A stretch of 50,343 nucleotides of DNA from Minisyncoccota bacterium (GCA_041665885.1 JBAYHY010000004.1:1-50343); one strand, 5' to 3'. Positions 35,769 to 44,767 are shown, numbered from the stretch's first letter. A program made the numbers and translations. Notes: a model not told the origin generated them from the sequence alone.

Positions 35769-35777
35769 TTATCAACA
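35769..35777 (+). promoter_or_regulatory. DnaA-box-like site in the divergent promoter region
   Basis: TTATCAACA. Confidence 0.4.
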
Positions 35778-35827
35778 GTTTTCTTTTATACGCCTTATTT
35801 CTATGTTAAAATAAAATCACAAACACA

Positions 35828-36445
35828 ATGATAAAGTTTTTACCAAATAAAAATTCTTTTAAGCTAGTCTCAAAGAAGGATGCATATAAGAAGGTCGAAA
35901 CTTTTGACGACTCACCCCTCGAAGAATTGACAGAAAATGTTAAAAATTTTGATAAGCGAGCTTTTCTAAAAGTATTGGGTATTGCAGGGCTTGGATTATT
36001 CGCTAGTTCACTTTTTCCAAAGAAAACCGACGCTTATGTTGTGGGAAGTACTCCGACTTCAAATGTCGTCGGAATAAAAGATTCCTCAAACACCAGAATA
36101 AACCCAGCCACAGACGACACCCTGAGTTCCCTCATCTCTGGGCAGGGAGTGAGCAAGCTTTCCACAAGCCTCTCTGCTTCTGGGGCAATTCATGCTCCCG
36201 CCTCTGGTAAAAAAATACGAGTCTACGCATCTCGTTTTTCCTTGACGGCAGATGCCACCTCCGTTTCATTTCGTTTTACTCCGAGTGGGACCGACCATGA
36301 AAAATACATATCTCCAAAAACTGGTGGCCTCTATGGAGCGAACAATCATCCGAACTATATTGAAGGAGGGGTGGATCAAGTGTTATACTGTGCGATAGTG
36401 GGGACCACAAGTGTGCAAATTAATATAGATTATTTAGAGGTCTAA
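35828..36445 (+). CDS. Putative Tat substrate with KR-type twin-arginine signal
   Basis: DKRAFLK (35951-35971), h-region VLGIAGLGLFASSLF, TDA-Y cleavage-like site; same operon as tatC. Confidence 0.65.
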   Translation: MIKFLPNKNSFKLVSKKDAYKKVETFDDSPLEELTENVKNFDKRAFLKVLGIAGLGLFASSLFPKKTDAYVVGSTPTSNVVGIKDSSNTRINPATDDTLSSLISGQGVSKLSTSLSASGAIHAPASGKKIRVYASRFSLTADATSVSFRFTPSGTDHEKYISPKTGGLYGANNHPNYIEGGVDQVLYCAIVGTTSVQINIDYLEV

Positions 36446-36460
36446 TTTTTAATAATAATT

Positions 36461-38590
36461 ATGACAAGAATATCAAAAGAATTATTGGTGACCAGTCCCG
36501 GAACTTTCAATTATCTGAGCGAGAGCGCATATGATTATACGAAATGGAATTTAGGCAAAGGGATTATTTATAACGCCGGGGCAACCGCAGTAGAAAAATA
36601 CATCGCCCCCTGTTTTGATGCTATTCGACCCCTCGAAGAAAGCACCGGCTTTGCTGTGGCCCAGGTGTTTGCTTACAATTTTAGCCCTACTTATGATTAT
36701 TTATTTGGAATTGAAAACTTGGCCACCGCCGTGGCGACAAGGCGTGTGCATTTATGGAAAATAAACAAAAAAGACGGCACACGAAGCTGGAATGGTTTTA
36801 TCACCATGACTCTTCTCACCGCCACGGCTCACACGGTTCGTGATTTTAAAATTGATGTAAAAAATGAATCGACGGGAACAGTCGGAGTGTCCGGTACTGC
36901 AGTTACCGGTAGTGGCACTCTTTTTGCAACCAATAAAGTCGCCGTAGGGGCCAGAATCGGCTTTGGTTCGAATGACCCAACGCAAATTACTACTTGGTAC
37001 AGAATTGCCACGAGAACATCAGACACCGCTTTGGTTTTAAACGTAACGGCCGGGACAATTGCCTCGGGGACATCTTATGTTATTCAAGAATTTAGACCCA
37101 TCTATGTGGCGACAAATGCTACTACGACCAACGGAGGCATCCACTACGGTAAGGGAATCAGCTTAGAAGATTTCACTGTCACGGGTACGACGATTCCCGT
37201 TGCTGTCGCCACCGATGACCAAAAAGCAATGTATTGGCTTAAGGATGCCTCTACTCAAACAAACCTAGTCGCCGCCGGTGCTGCCGCAGATTGGAGCACC
37301 ACCACACCTACCACCCTTGATTTTTATGTGTTGGACTTGGTGTCGGCGGGTAATTATAAAGTTTTTAAATATAACATTAGGGCCCCCCTCACCGTAGCCT
37401 CCGGCAATTCTGTTTCTGCCTTTTTGTTTGCGACAGGAAACAATGCTTTCACCGGCACGGGCTCTCAGCTCGCAAATCTTACTTTGGCTACCGCAAACCA
37501 TGGACCCCAGTCTGGGATACCTGCTTTATACTTTATATCCACGACCAGATTTATGGCCGCCCCTCTTTCTGCAATAGTAATCTCCTCGACTACTTGGATT
37601 ACAAACGTCATCGCAGAAATACCTACAGGAGGAATAACGACATACACCGTCACTGGAGCACTCGCTTCAATAGAATATATTGATGAAATTGACAGCTTTC
37701 TTCTAATGACTTCTTCTATCTATAATTACCTCACGCAATTCGTTTCAAGCGGTATTGCTTTTGATAGTGTCTGGGGCAGAAATGTATCCGCCCTAGAACA
37801 ATCTACGAAAGACGACGGCTGTCCAAAACAATATTCCATAAACGCAGTCGCCGGGATTGCCCACAACCGGGATGCTTCAGCCAGAACATATATAGTGAAA
37901 CAATCCACCACCGTAGGAATAGCGGTCGTGTATGTGATGGCGGCAGGTACTCAGTGGGGAGGCAATAACTATCTCGTAAGCCCGGAGATAGTCACACCAA
38001 ATGTTTTACACTACTACAGAGCATTTATAAACTCAGTTAACAGGGTCGGTAGTGAAGCACTCGGTAGGCCGGTAGAACCAGTAAAGCTTTTTATTCGTAG
38101 CACAAACATAACTAGCGATATAACGAGTGGCTGGACGGAAGTGGTAGAGGATAATAATATTTCAGGATTCTCTGGGGCAAGCTCTGTGCAGTTTAAAATT
38201 GAATTTAAAATATTTGGAGATAGTTGTATCCCCGCTCGTGTTTTAGGAATAAATCTCTCCTACGAAGACAACACTTCCGACTCTCACTTCTCGCTCTCTG
38301 TAGAAAAGTCCTCGGCTACAAGCAAAATATTTGCTTGGTGGTTTGATAATGATTTTGGTACAGTTGTACCGCCACTCACCGTCAAGCTTTATGACGCCGA
38401 CACGGGTGGACTTTTGCTTACAGATGATACTGTCCTGTCTGCTAACGGACTTTGGGAAAAAACCACCGACGGTACGAGCTGGGCACCCTATGACACGGTA
38501 GATAGAGGAAACAACACAACCTGGATACGATATACCCCATCATCACTAGCAGACAATGTAAAAGTCGAAGCATATTTACAGCAATCATAA
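36461..38590 (+). CDS. 709-aa beta-rich, virion-structural-like protein without signal peptide
   Basis: GTVGVSGTAVTGSGTLF...VGARIG...YRIATRTSDTAL module reminiscent of phage tail proteins. Confidence 0.55.
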   Translation: MTRISKELLVTSPGTFNYLSESAYDYTKWNLGKGIIYNAGATAVEKYIAPCFDAIRPLEESTGFAVAQVFAYNFSPTYDYLFGIENLATAVATRRVHLWKINKKDGTRSWNGFITMTLLTATAHTVRDFKIDVKNESTGTVGVSGTAVTGSGTLFATNKVAVGARIGFGSNDPTQITTWYRIATRTSDTALVLNVTAGTIASGTSYVIQEFRPIYVATNATTTNGGIHYGKGISLEDFTVTGTTIPVAVATDDQKAMYWLKDASTQTNLVAAGAAADWSTTTPTTLDFYVLDLVSAGNYKVFKYNIRAPLTVASGNSVSAFLFATGNNAFTGTGSQLANLTLATANHGPQSGIPALYFISTTRFMAAPLSAIVISSTTWITNVIAEIPTGGITTYTVTGALASIEYIDEIDSFLLMTSSIYNYLTQFVSSGIAFDSVWGRNVSALEQSTKDDGCPKQYSINAVAGIAHNRDASARTYIVKQSTTVGIAVVYVMAAGTQWGGNNYLVSPEIVTPNVLHYYRAFINSVNRVGSEALGRPVEPVKLFIRSTNITSDITSGWTEVVEDNNISGFSGASSVQFKIEFKIFGDSCIPARVLGINLSYEDNTSDSHFSLSVEKSSATSKIFAWWFDNDFGTVVPPLTVKLYDADTGGLLLTDDTVLSANGLWEKTTDGTSWAPYDTVDRGNNTTWIRYTPSSLADNVKVEAYLQQS

Positions 38591-38596
38591 AAATAT

Positions 38597-38767
38597 ATGG
38601 CATTAACCTCAATACAACCACCACCACAAAATAAAGCCGTGATTTACTTTGAAAGAGGAAATGTCGGAACCGTGGAAGATATTCAGGCCAAGGGGGAAAA
38701 CGAGCTCCAAATTCCTCTAATTGTGGCTGGGGGTGGAGGAGGAAATATTTTTATTATGTCAGAATAA
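38597..38767 (+). CDS. 56-aa protein MALTSIQPPP...VAGGGGGNIFIMSE (not in ORF track)
   Basis: ATG 6 nt after the upstream stop, TAA 11 nt before the next ATG. Confidence 0.7.
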   Translation: MALTSIQPPPQNKAVIYFERGNVGTVEDIQAKGENELQIPLIVAGGGGGNIFIMSE

Positions 38768-38778
38768 TTTTAAAATAC

Positions 38779-39384
38779 ATGATTCACATCGAAAAAGACC
38801 AGCTAGTACCAGAATATGAAAACCTAAGGACCCTTTCAGACTCCGGTGATTATAACGATGACGACATTATTGAATGCTACAACCCCGATGATTCAAGTAT
38901 TGCTATTTGTGGTTTTACTTCCTCTTTCATAAAATACGGGGGACTCATGTATCGGTTCAATGACCCGGCAGAGCTGGGAGCGGAAATTTTAAAAATTGAC
39001 CCTGAATCAACCCACTCAGCCGCCTCTTTCGTCAGGATGAAGGAAGAGCTGTCAAAAAAAATGGACGAGGGTTCGCTCGAGCCGGAATCATTGCAACAAG
39101 CACTCAAAGAGGAACAAACTATGATGGAGGAAAAAATAAATGAACCTGACCCTGAGATAGATACAGAAGAAATACCGGAAGAAGAAGTTCCTCCTGAAAC
39201 AGAACCAGAAATTATTCCCGATTCTGAGACAGAAATTATTCCAGATCCTGAGACAGAGCCTGAGATTATCCCTGAACCTGAGCCACCCATCGAAACGGAA
39301 CCAGAGCCAATCATTGAACCTGAACCTACCACCCCCGACCCGACAGTAAGCACCCTGTCTCGCAAGGGTAAAAAATTTTTTTAA
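38779..39384 (+). CDS. Acidic protein with Pro/Glu repeat tail and basic C-terminus
   Basis: (E/D)PE(T/I)E repeats in aa 130-190; ends RKGKKFF. Confidence 0.7.
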   Translation: MIHIEKDQLVPEYENLRTLSDSGDYNDDDIIECYNPDDSSIAICGFTSSFIKYGGLMYRFNDPAELGAEILKIDPESTHSAASFVRMKEELSKKMDEGSLEPESLQQALKEEQTMMEEKINEPDPEIDTEEIPEEEVPPETEPEIIPDSETEIIPDPETEPEIIPEPEPPIETEPEPIIEPEPTTPDPTVSTLSRKGKKFF

Positions 39385-39425
39385 CTATCTGAAGCAGGTA
39401 TAATCCCTTTAACCTTCGAAAATAA

Positions 39426-40175
39426 TTGATTAATGATTTGCTTGAAAATATAAAAAAATTCCTTCCATTTATAGAGGAGCTGAGGCGCAGACTTTATACT
39501 TCTGCCGTAGTTTTTGCTTTTGTTTTTATCGGTGGGTTTTTTTCCACCGGCCTAGTCATCAAGCATTTCGTTTCAACTTTTCACATTGAGGGGGTAACCA
39601 TTACGACCACTTCTCCTTTCCAGCTCACCGACCTAGCCGTAGACCTGGGGATATTTTTTGCTTTGATTGTCACTATTCCGTTGGCCATATTCCAGATATA
39701 TTCTTTTATCTTCCCGGGATTAAACAAAAGAGAACAAAAATTATTGTTATTGTCTATCCCCATATGTCTTCTCTTGTTTGTGTTTGGCTTTATTTTTGGC
39801 GCTGCTATTCTCTTTTTCGCTTTTAAAATTATCGCAAAGATTAATGAAAGTTTGGGTATTTTAAATATTTGGGACATTAGCTCCTACCTTTCTCAGATTT
39901 TTATTACTTCTGCGCTGTTGGGACTATTATTCCAATTCCCACTAATTTTAACGGGACTTATTAAGCTAGGTTTATTTGGTGTTTCCGCTCTCAAAAAAAA
40001 GAGGCACTTCGCCTGGCTTGTTGTTTTTATTATTACCTCTCTTCTTCCTCCCACCGACGGGTTATCCCTAATCGCAATGTCTTTACCCATGATATTCCTA
40101 TATGAAATAACAATATTCGTCAATCGAAAACCGGTGTTCCTCCCCGTGGAAATAAAAATGGACAAACCAGAATAA
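39426..40175 (+). CDS. tatC: Twin-arginine translocase subunit TatC
   Basis: EELRRRL, FQIYSFIFPGLNKRE, PPTD..S....PM..LYE; six TMs; TTG start. Confidence 0.9.
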   Translation: MINDLLENIKKFLPFIEELRRRLYTSAVVFAFVFIGGFFSTGLVIKHFVSTFHIEGVTITTTSPFQLTDLAVDLGIFFALIVTIPLAIFQIYSFIFPGLNKREQKLLLLSIPICLLLFVFGFIFGAAILFFAFKIIAKINESLGILNIWDISSYLSQIFITSALLGLLFQFPLILTGLIKLGLFGVSALKKKRHFAWLVVFIITSLLPPTDGLSLIAMSLPMIFLYEITIFVNRKPVFLPVEIKMDKPE

Positions 40176-40300
40176 TCGCGATTCAAAAAGGATTGTGCCT
40201 CTTTACTTCCATTCCCCAATGGTCTATCATTATGTGAGTGGCAGAGCCACTGGTCGTACTTTGTAGAGTATTAATATTTATAAAAATAACTAACAAAACC

Positions 40301-40483
40301 ATGTTTGGATTAGGAACTAAAGAAATAATAATTATAGCAGTAATCGCGATTCTTCTTTTTGGTTCAAAAAAGATTCCAGAGCTTGCGAAAAGTTTAGTGG
40401 AGGCTATCCGCCACATAACCGGAGCATTCAGGAATGTTGACGAAACAGCTTCTCGCTCAGATAACAATAAAAAGAAGTCTTAA
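40301..40483 (+). CDS. tatA: Twin-arginine translocase subunit TatA/E
   Basis: MFGLGTKEIIIIAVIAILLFGSKKIPELAKSL; start reassigned to ATG 40301. Confidence 0.92.
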   Translation: MFGLGTKEIIIIAVIAILLFGSKKIPELAKSLVEAIRHITGAFRNVDETASRSDNNKKKS

Positions 40484-40551
40484 TGTTTTTTAATACTCAC
40501 AAAGAATTTTGTAATACTTTTTGAGTTTGTTTTGTTGTTTTTAAAAATTCA

Positions 40552-40587
40552 AATAAAAAAACCAGCATTTTTGCTGGTTTTTTTATT
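40552..40587. terminator. Bidirectional terminator between tatA and lemA
   Basis: aataaaaaaccagca-tttt-tgctggtttttttatt. Confidence 0.85.
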
Positions 40588-40608
40588 CTCTGAAATTAAT
40601 TATTCAAC

Positions 40609-41163
40609 TTAATTAAATTTAACTTCCACCGGATTTTGAGCAACGTCATTGTCGGCAAGATCAAAGAACTCCATTTTAGCGAAATTAAACATCTTGGCGA
40701 TTATGTTGCCAGGAAAACTTTCAATCGCGGTATTCAGGTCACGAACATTCGCATTATAAAATCTGCGAGCTGCCTGGATCTTGTTTTCCGTATCGGAAAG
40801 TTCTCCTTGTAATGCTAGGAAATTTTGATTCGCCTTTAATTCCGGATACGCCTCGGCGATAGCAAACACTGACTTCAGCGCGCCGGTTAACATATTCTCC
40901 GCTCCGGCCTTATCTGCTAAATTACCCCCTGCGCCCATGGCCGCCGAGCGGGCTTTGGTAACATTTTCAAAAGCAGAACTCTCGTGCGTAGCATAACCCT
41001 TTACTGTGTTTACCAAATTCGGGATGAGGTCATATCTTCTTTTTAATTGAACTTCAATATCCGCCCAAGCCTCTTTGGTACGATTACGACGAGTGACAAA
41101 ACTATTAAAAGCAAAAATTACTAATAAAATTAGAACCCCTAAAACAATTAAAGCATACATCAT
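40609..41163 (-). CDS. lemA: LemA family protein
   Basis: AWADIEVQLKRRYDLIPNLV, AEAYPELKAN, ARRFYN, FPGNIIA. Confidence 0.96.
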   Translation of the reverse strand: MMYALIVLGVLILLVIFAFNSFVTRRNRTKEAWADIEVQLKRRYDLIPNLVNTVKGYATHESSAFENVTKARSAAMGAGGNLADKAGAENMLTGALKSVFAIAEAYPELKANQNFLALQGELSDTENKIQAARRFYNANVRDLNTAIESFPGNIIAKMFNFAKMEFFDLADNDVAQNPVEVKFN

Positions 41164-41209
41164 AATACTGATGATTATATCACAAAAATATCAAAGATAA
41201 AATCTATTT

Positions 41210-41248
41210 CCCGCCTGCAAAAGCTATGCTTTAGCCATTGCGGGCAGG
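41210..41248. mobile_element. 39-bp palindromic element forming the secF C-terminus and stop
   Basis: cccgcctgc-aaaagctatgctttagccatt-gcgggcagg; arms identical to the pyrG insert. Confidence 0.75.
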
Positions 41249-42145
41249 TTTCTTTTGGTGTTCCTGCACGAGAACCAGGAGTGGCGAAGCAAGGAAAATT
41301 GAAGAATATGTTCCAAAAAACATTCCGGCAGTAAGCATAAGGGCAAAATATCTTGTAGAAACTGGCCCAAAGAAGAAAAGCGCCAAAAGTACGAGAATGA
41401 CAGTCATGGAAGTAGAGATGGAGCGTACGAAGGACTGCTCCAGACTCTTCCCCACTATTTCACCGAAATCTATTTTGGACACATTCGCTTGATTCCTTAA
41501 ATTCTCACGAATTCTGTCGAAAATAACGATGGTATCTGAAACAGAAAGCCCCAGAATAGTAAGTACTGCCACCACGAAGAGAGTATCTACCTCCGCTCCA
41601 AAATAGTGAGACAAAATGACAAACAGACCGACAGGGATAGCGACGTCGTGCAGAAGGGTGACAATTGCGATAATCCCATACTTCCAAGAAGAAACCGGTT
41701 TAGAAACTTTGCGAAAAGCAAAAGCAATAAATAAAATAATCGCCAAAGAAACTAAAATGATTGCTAGAATGGCCTTTCTGGCAAGTTCCGCTCCCACCGT
41801 TGGGCCGACAGAAGTAAAGCTCATTTCAGTAAGCGCGTCTTTATTGTCCCCGGAAAGAGTTGTCAAAAGCAGGGCATGCTCTCTGTCACTTAGGTCACGA
41901 GTCTTCACAATATAACCCAAGTCCCCCGTAGGCTGAAGAAGAATAGATCCCAAATTAAGGACTTCGAGAGATTTTTCTATTGTTGCCTGGGCTGGACGCT
42001 CAGTGGTGTAAACAACCTCGGTAAGCGCCCCTCCCTTAAAATCAATACCGAAATTCAATCCGAAAACAAATAAGGAAATAAAAGAGAGAACCACCAAGGC
42101 TATCGATATACTAATAAATATTTTTTTGTGTTTGATTATAAACAT
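41231..42145 (-). CDS. secF: Protein translocase subunit SecF
   Basis: GIDFKGG, VGPTVGAEL, TLLHDV, SVSDTIVIFDRIRE, GTYSSIFLASP. Confidence 0.96.
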   Translation of the reverse strand: MFIIKHKKIFISISIALVVLSFISLFVFGLNFGIDFKGGALTEVVYTTERPAQATIEKSLEVLNLGSILLQPTGDLGYIVKTRDLSDREHALLLTTLSGDNKDALTEMSFTSVGPTVGAELARKAILAIILVSLAIILFIAFAFRKVSKPVSSWKYGIIAIVTLLHDVAIPVGLFVILSHYFGAEVDTLFVVAVLTILGLSVSDTIVIFDRIRENLRNQANVSKIDFGEIVGKSLEQSFVRSISTSMTVILVLLALFFFGPVSTRYFALMLTAGMFFGTYSSIFLASPLLVLVQEHQKKPARNG

Positions 42146-42151
42146 AATTTT

Positions 42152-43546
42152 TTATTCTTTTTGTTTTGACACGCCACTCGAAAGACCACTAGAAAACAAA
42201 AACCTCGATACTTTACCTTCTTTTATAAAACCAAGGGTTGAAAGAAAAATCCTGGTAACAGTAATCGCGCTAAACATGGAAACTATAATACCCATGCCGA
42301 GGGTCAAGGCGAAACCTTTAATCAAGGATGTGCCAAACCAAAAAAGAATAAGGGCGGTGATAAAACTAGAAATATTCGAATCTCGAATCGAAAACCAGGC
42401 CCGAGAAAAGCCCGCGGATATCGAGTCAGAAATACTTTTACCGGAGCGCAACTCCTCTTTCACGCGTTCGAAAATAAGCACATTCGCATCGACGGCTATA
42501 CCTATAGAAATAATAAACCCGGCGATACCAGCGGCGGTAAGGGTAACGGGCATTAATTTGAAGAGGGCTAAAATTATTACAATAAAAATACAAAGGGAAA
42601 TCGTGGCGATAAGCCCCGGCAGGCGGTACAAAAGAATGAGGAAAAGAGCCACCAAGAGAAATCCGAAAATTGCCGCCTTCACTCCGGCGTTGACCGCGCT
42701 GTCCCCCAAGATCGCACCGATGGTATTGGTGGAAAGAATGGATATCGGTACCGGCAACGCCCCAGAATTAAGTCTACCCACCAATGTCTTTGCTTCTGTC
42801 GGAGTAAAGCTACCCGAAATTACCGCCTGCCCATTCGGAATTTCTTCCCGAACAACAGGGGTTGAAATAGGAGCGCCATCTAGAAAGATCGCAACAGTTT
42901 TTCCAATATTATCTTTTGTAATTTGAGCAAAGAGTTTCGTCCCGGCGTCATCAAATTGCAAACTCACCTTTGGCTCACGAGTATTTTGATCAAACTCCAG
43001 AGTCGCTTTCTGTAAATATCGTCCCGTAAGTTCAGTGGAAACATATTGAGGAGACAAATCTACTGCCCCCAAATCCACCTTTCCATCTTTGCCGACAGTT
43101 ACGTTTTGAGGAGCATTTTTGGGCCCTTCTATTTTAAATTCAAGAAGCGGGGTAAGGCCTATCATCTCTTTCGCTTTTTCAACATCCGTTACCCCCGGAA
43201 GATCGACAATTAATTGCTCTCCGGCACCAGAAACGAAACCGGCATGTTGTACTTGCACTACCGGCTCGGAAACTCCAAAAAGATTTATGCGACGTTCTAT
43301 CACATCACGAAGAGCGTTCATCGAATCATTCACCTGCCCCGCTGGAACCAAAGAAGTATCCGCCTTGTATATCAAATGACTACCTCCAGAGAGGTCCAGT
43401 CCGAGCCTAAAAGGAAATTTGGACAAGCCGGTGGCACTCACACCCGGAGCTAAGTGTCGGTAGTTGGCCTCTGATTTATAAACAAAAAAGCCAATCCCAG
43501 CACCCAATAAGAGTATAAATATTGATAAAATTATTTTCTTAATCAT
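42152..43546 (-). CDS. secD: Protein translocase subunit SecD
   Basis: LGLDLSGG, RINLFGVSEP, LNSGALPVP, GIAVDANVLIFERVKEE; start likely ATG 43546. Confidence 0.96.
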   Translation of the reverse strand: MIKKIILSIFILLLGAGIGFFVYKSEANYRHLAPGVSATGLSKFPFRLGLDLSGGSHLIYKADTSLVPAGQVNDSMNALRDVIERRINLFGVSEPVVQVQHAGFVSGAGEQLIVDLPGVTDVEKAKEMIGLTPLLEFKIEGPKNAPQNVTVGKDGKVDLGAVDLSPQYVSTELTGRYLQKATLEFDQNTREPKVSLQFDDAGTKLFAQITKDNIGKTVAIFLDGAPISTPVVREEIPNGQAVISGSFTPTEAKTLVGRLNSGALPVPISILSTNTIGAILGDSAVNAGVKAAIFGFLLVALFLILLYRLPGLIATISLCIFIVIILALFKLMPVTLTAAGIAGFIISIGIAVDANVLIFERVKEELRSGKSISDSISAGFSRAWFSIRDSNISSFITALILFWFGTSLIKGFALTLGMGIIVSMFSAITVTRIFLSTLGFIKEGKVSRFLFSSGLSSGVSKQKE

Positions 43547-43557
43547 GATTTTCCACA

Positions 43558-43576
43558 CCTGTCCGCCTCCGGCGGA
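43558..43576. repeat. Short palindrome upstream of secD
   Basis: cctg-tccgcc-tcc-ggcgga. Confidence 0.6.
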
Positions 43577-43636
43577 TAAATATATGGGTATTCTATCTGT
43601 TTTTATACCAAAAAGCAAATTTAAAAAGAAAGAAAA

Positions 43637-44218
43637 TTACTTGTTTTTCCTCTTCAATATTTCAGAGAAAAACGGCGCCAAAGACAAGAGTATGATGAGA
43701 ACAGTTATAGGTAAAACATATTGATCAATATTTTTTATCGAATTCCCGAGAAAGTACCCGGCAAAAATTATTACCAGGGTCCACAAGAAACCACCAAGTA
43801 TATTATAAAAAATAAAATTTTTATATTTCATATTTCCCACTCCCGCCAAAATCGGAGCGAAGGTCCGCACAATGGGCACAAAACGAGCAAGCACGATGGT
43901 CTTTTTGCCATACTTATCGTAAAAATTAGTCGTCTTGTCAATATTCTTCTTGCTGAAAAAAAATGACTCCGGTTTGGAAAAAATTCTAGGGCCGAGTTTT
44001 TTCCCCGTCCAGTACCCTACGCTATCCCCCAAGACCGCGCAAATAAAAGAACCTAAAAATAAATAATATATATTAAAATGGTGCGCGGCGGCCAAAAGGC
44101 CAGCGCTAAATAAAAGAGAATCTCCGGGAAAAAAGAAGCCAAAAAAAAGTCCGGACTCGGCAAAAACAACAGCAAATATTCCCAAAAGTCCCAGGCCCTC
44201 AATAAAAGATAAAATCAT
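43637..44218 (-). CDS. dedA: DedA family membrane protein
   Basis: FAESGLFFGFFFPGDSLL, LARFVPIVRTFAP..AG. Confidence 0.93.
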   Translation of the reverse strand: MILSFIEGLGLLGIFAVVFAESGLFFGFFFPGDSLLFSAGLLAAAHHFNIYYLFLGSFICAVLGDSVGYWTGKKLGPRIFSKPESFFFSKKNIDKTTNFYDKYGKKTIVLARFVPIVRTFAPILAGVGNMKYKNFIFYNILGGFLWTLVIIFAGYFLGNSIKNIDQYVLPITVLIILLSLAPFFSEILKRKNK

Positions 44219-44767
44219 TTATAAAATTCGTGAATATTTTTTTAAAAAATAATCAAAAGTAAAACTAACAATAAAACCGAGAATATATCCACCCAAAATA
44301 TCAAAAGGAAAATGCACCCCGGCGGTGATGCGCGCGAGCCCTATCAACAAAGCAAAAAACATGAAAGCATACCCGGCCTTTTTGTGCAAAAAGAAAATCG
44401 AGAAAGCGAGGGCTGAATAGAAGGTCGCATGCCCAGAGGGGAAAGCAAAACCAGATTCAGCAAAAAGAGAAGTGACATTATTAAAAGTTAAAAAGGGACG
44501 TGGGCTTCCAATTAAATTTTTTAAAACAAAAGCTATGGCCCAAGCACCAACCCCGGGCAACAAAACCGTGAGTATTTCTCTTTTTTTCTCCCAAAGGACC
44601 CGCGCCGGACTCTCTGCTCTTAGAACTTCATGATGAAAAAGCAGGAATAACCCCGCAAGAATAACCACAATGTATGGAAAATAGACAGCAAAGAAAATTA
44701 TTAAATAATCAATCAATTTCGATTGATGAGCTAAATTATAAAAAAAGAAAAAGATTTGATTGTTCAT
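44219..44767 (-). CDS. PAP2-family phosphatase (undecaprenyl-PP phosphatase-like)
   Basis: K....PRP, FPSGHA, ARITAGVHFPFD. Confidence 0.9.
   Translation of the reverse strand: MNNQIFFFFYNLAHQSKLIDYLIIFFAVYFPYIVVILAGLFLLFHHEVLRAESPARVLWEKKREILTVLLPGVGAWAIAFVLKNLIGSPRPFLTFNNVTSLFAESGFAFPSGHATFYSALAFSIFFLHKKAGYAFMFFALLIGLARITAGVHFPFDILGGYILGFIVSFTFDYFLKKYSRIL

Noticed and set aside
40176-40300. Small ORF or tatB between tatC and tatA
   Set aside because: Only a 15-codon ATG-initiated frame; no TM or TatB-like features
18795-40483. Prophage
   Set aside because: No integrase, terminase, portal, capsid or lysis genes; fibre-like proteins carry cellular signal peptides and htpX lies inside
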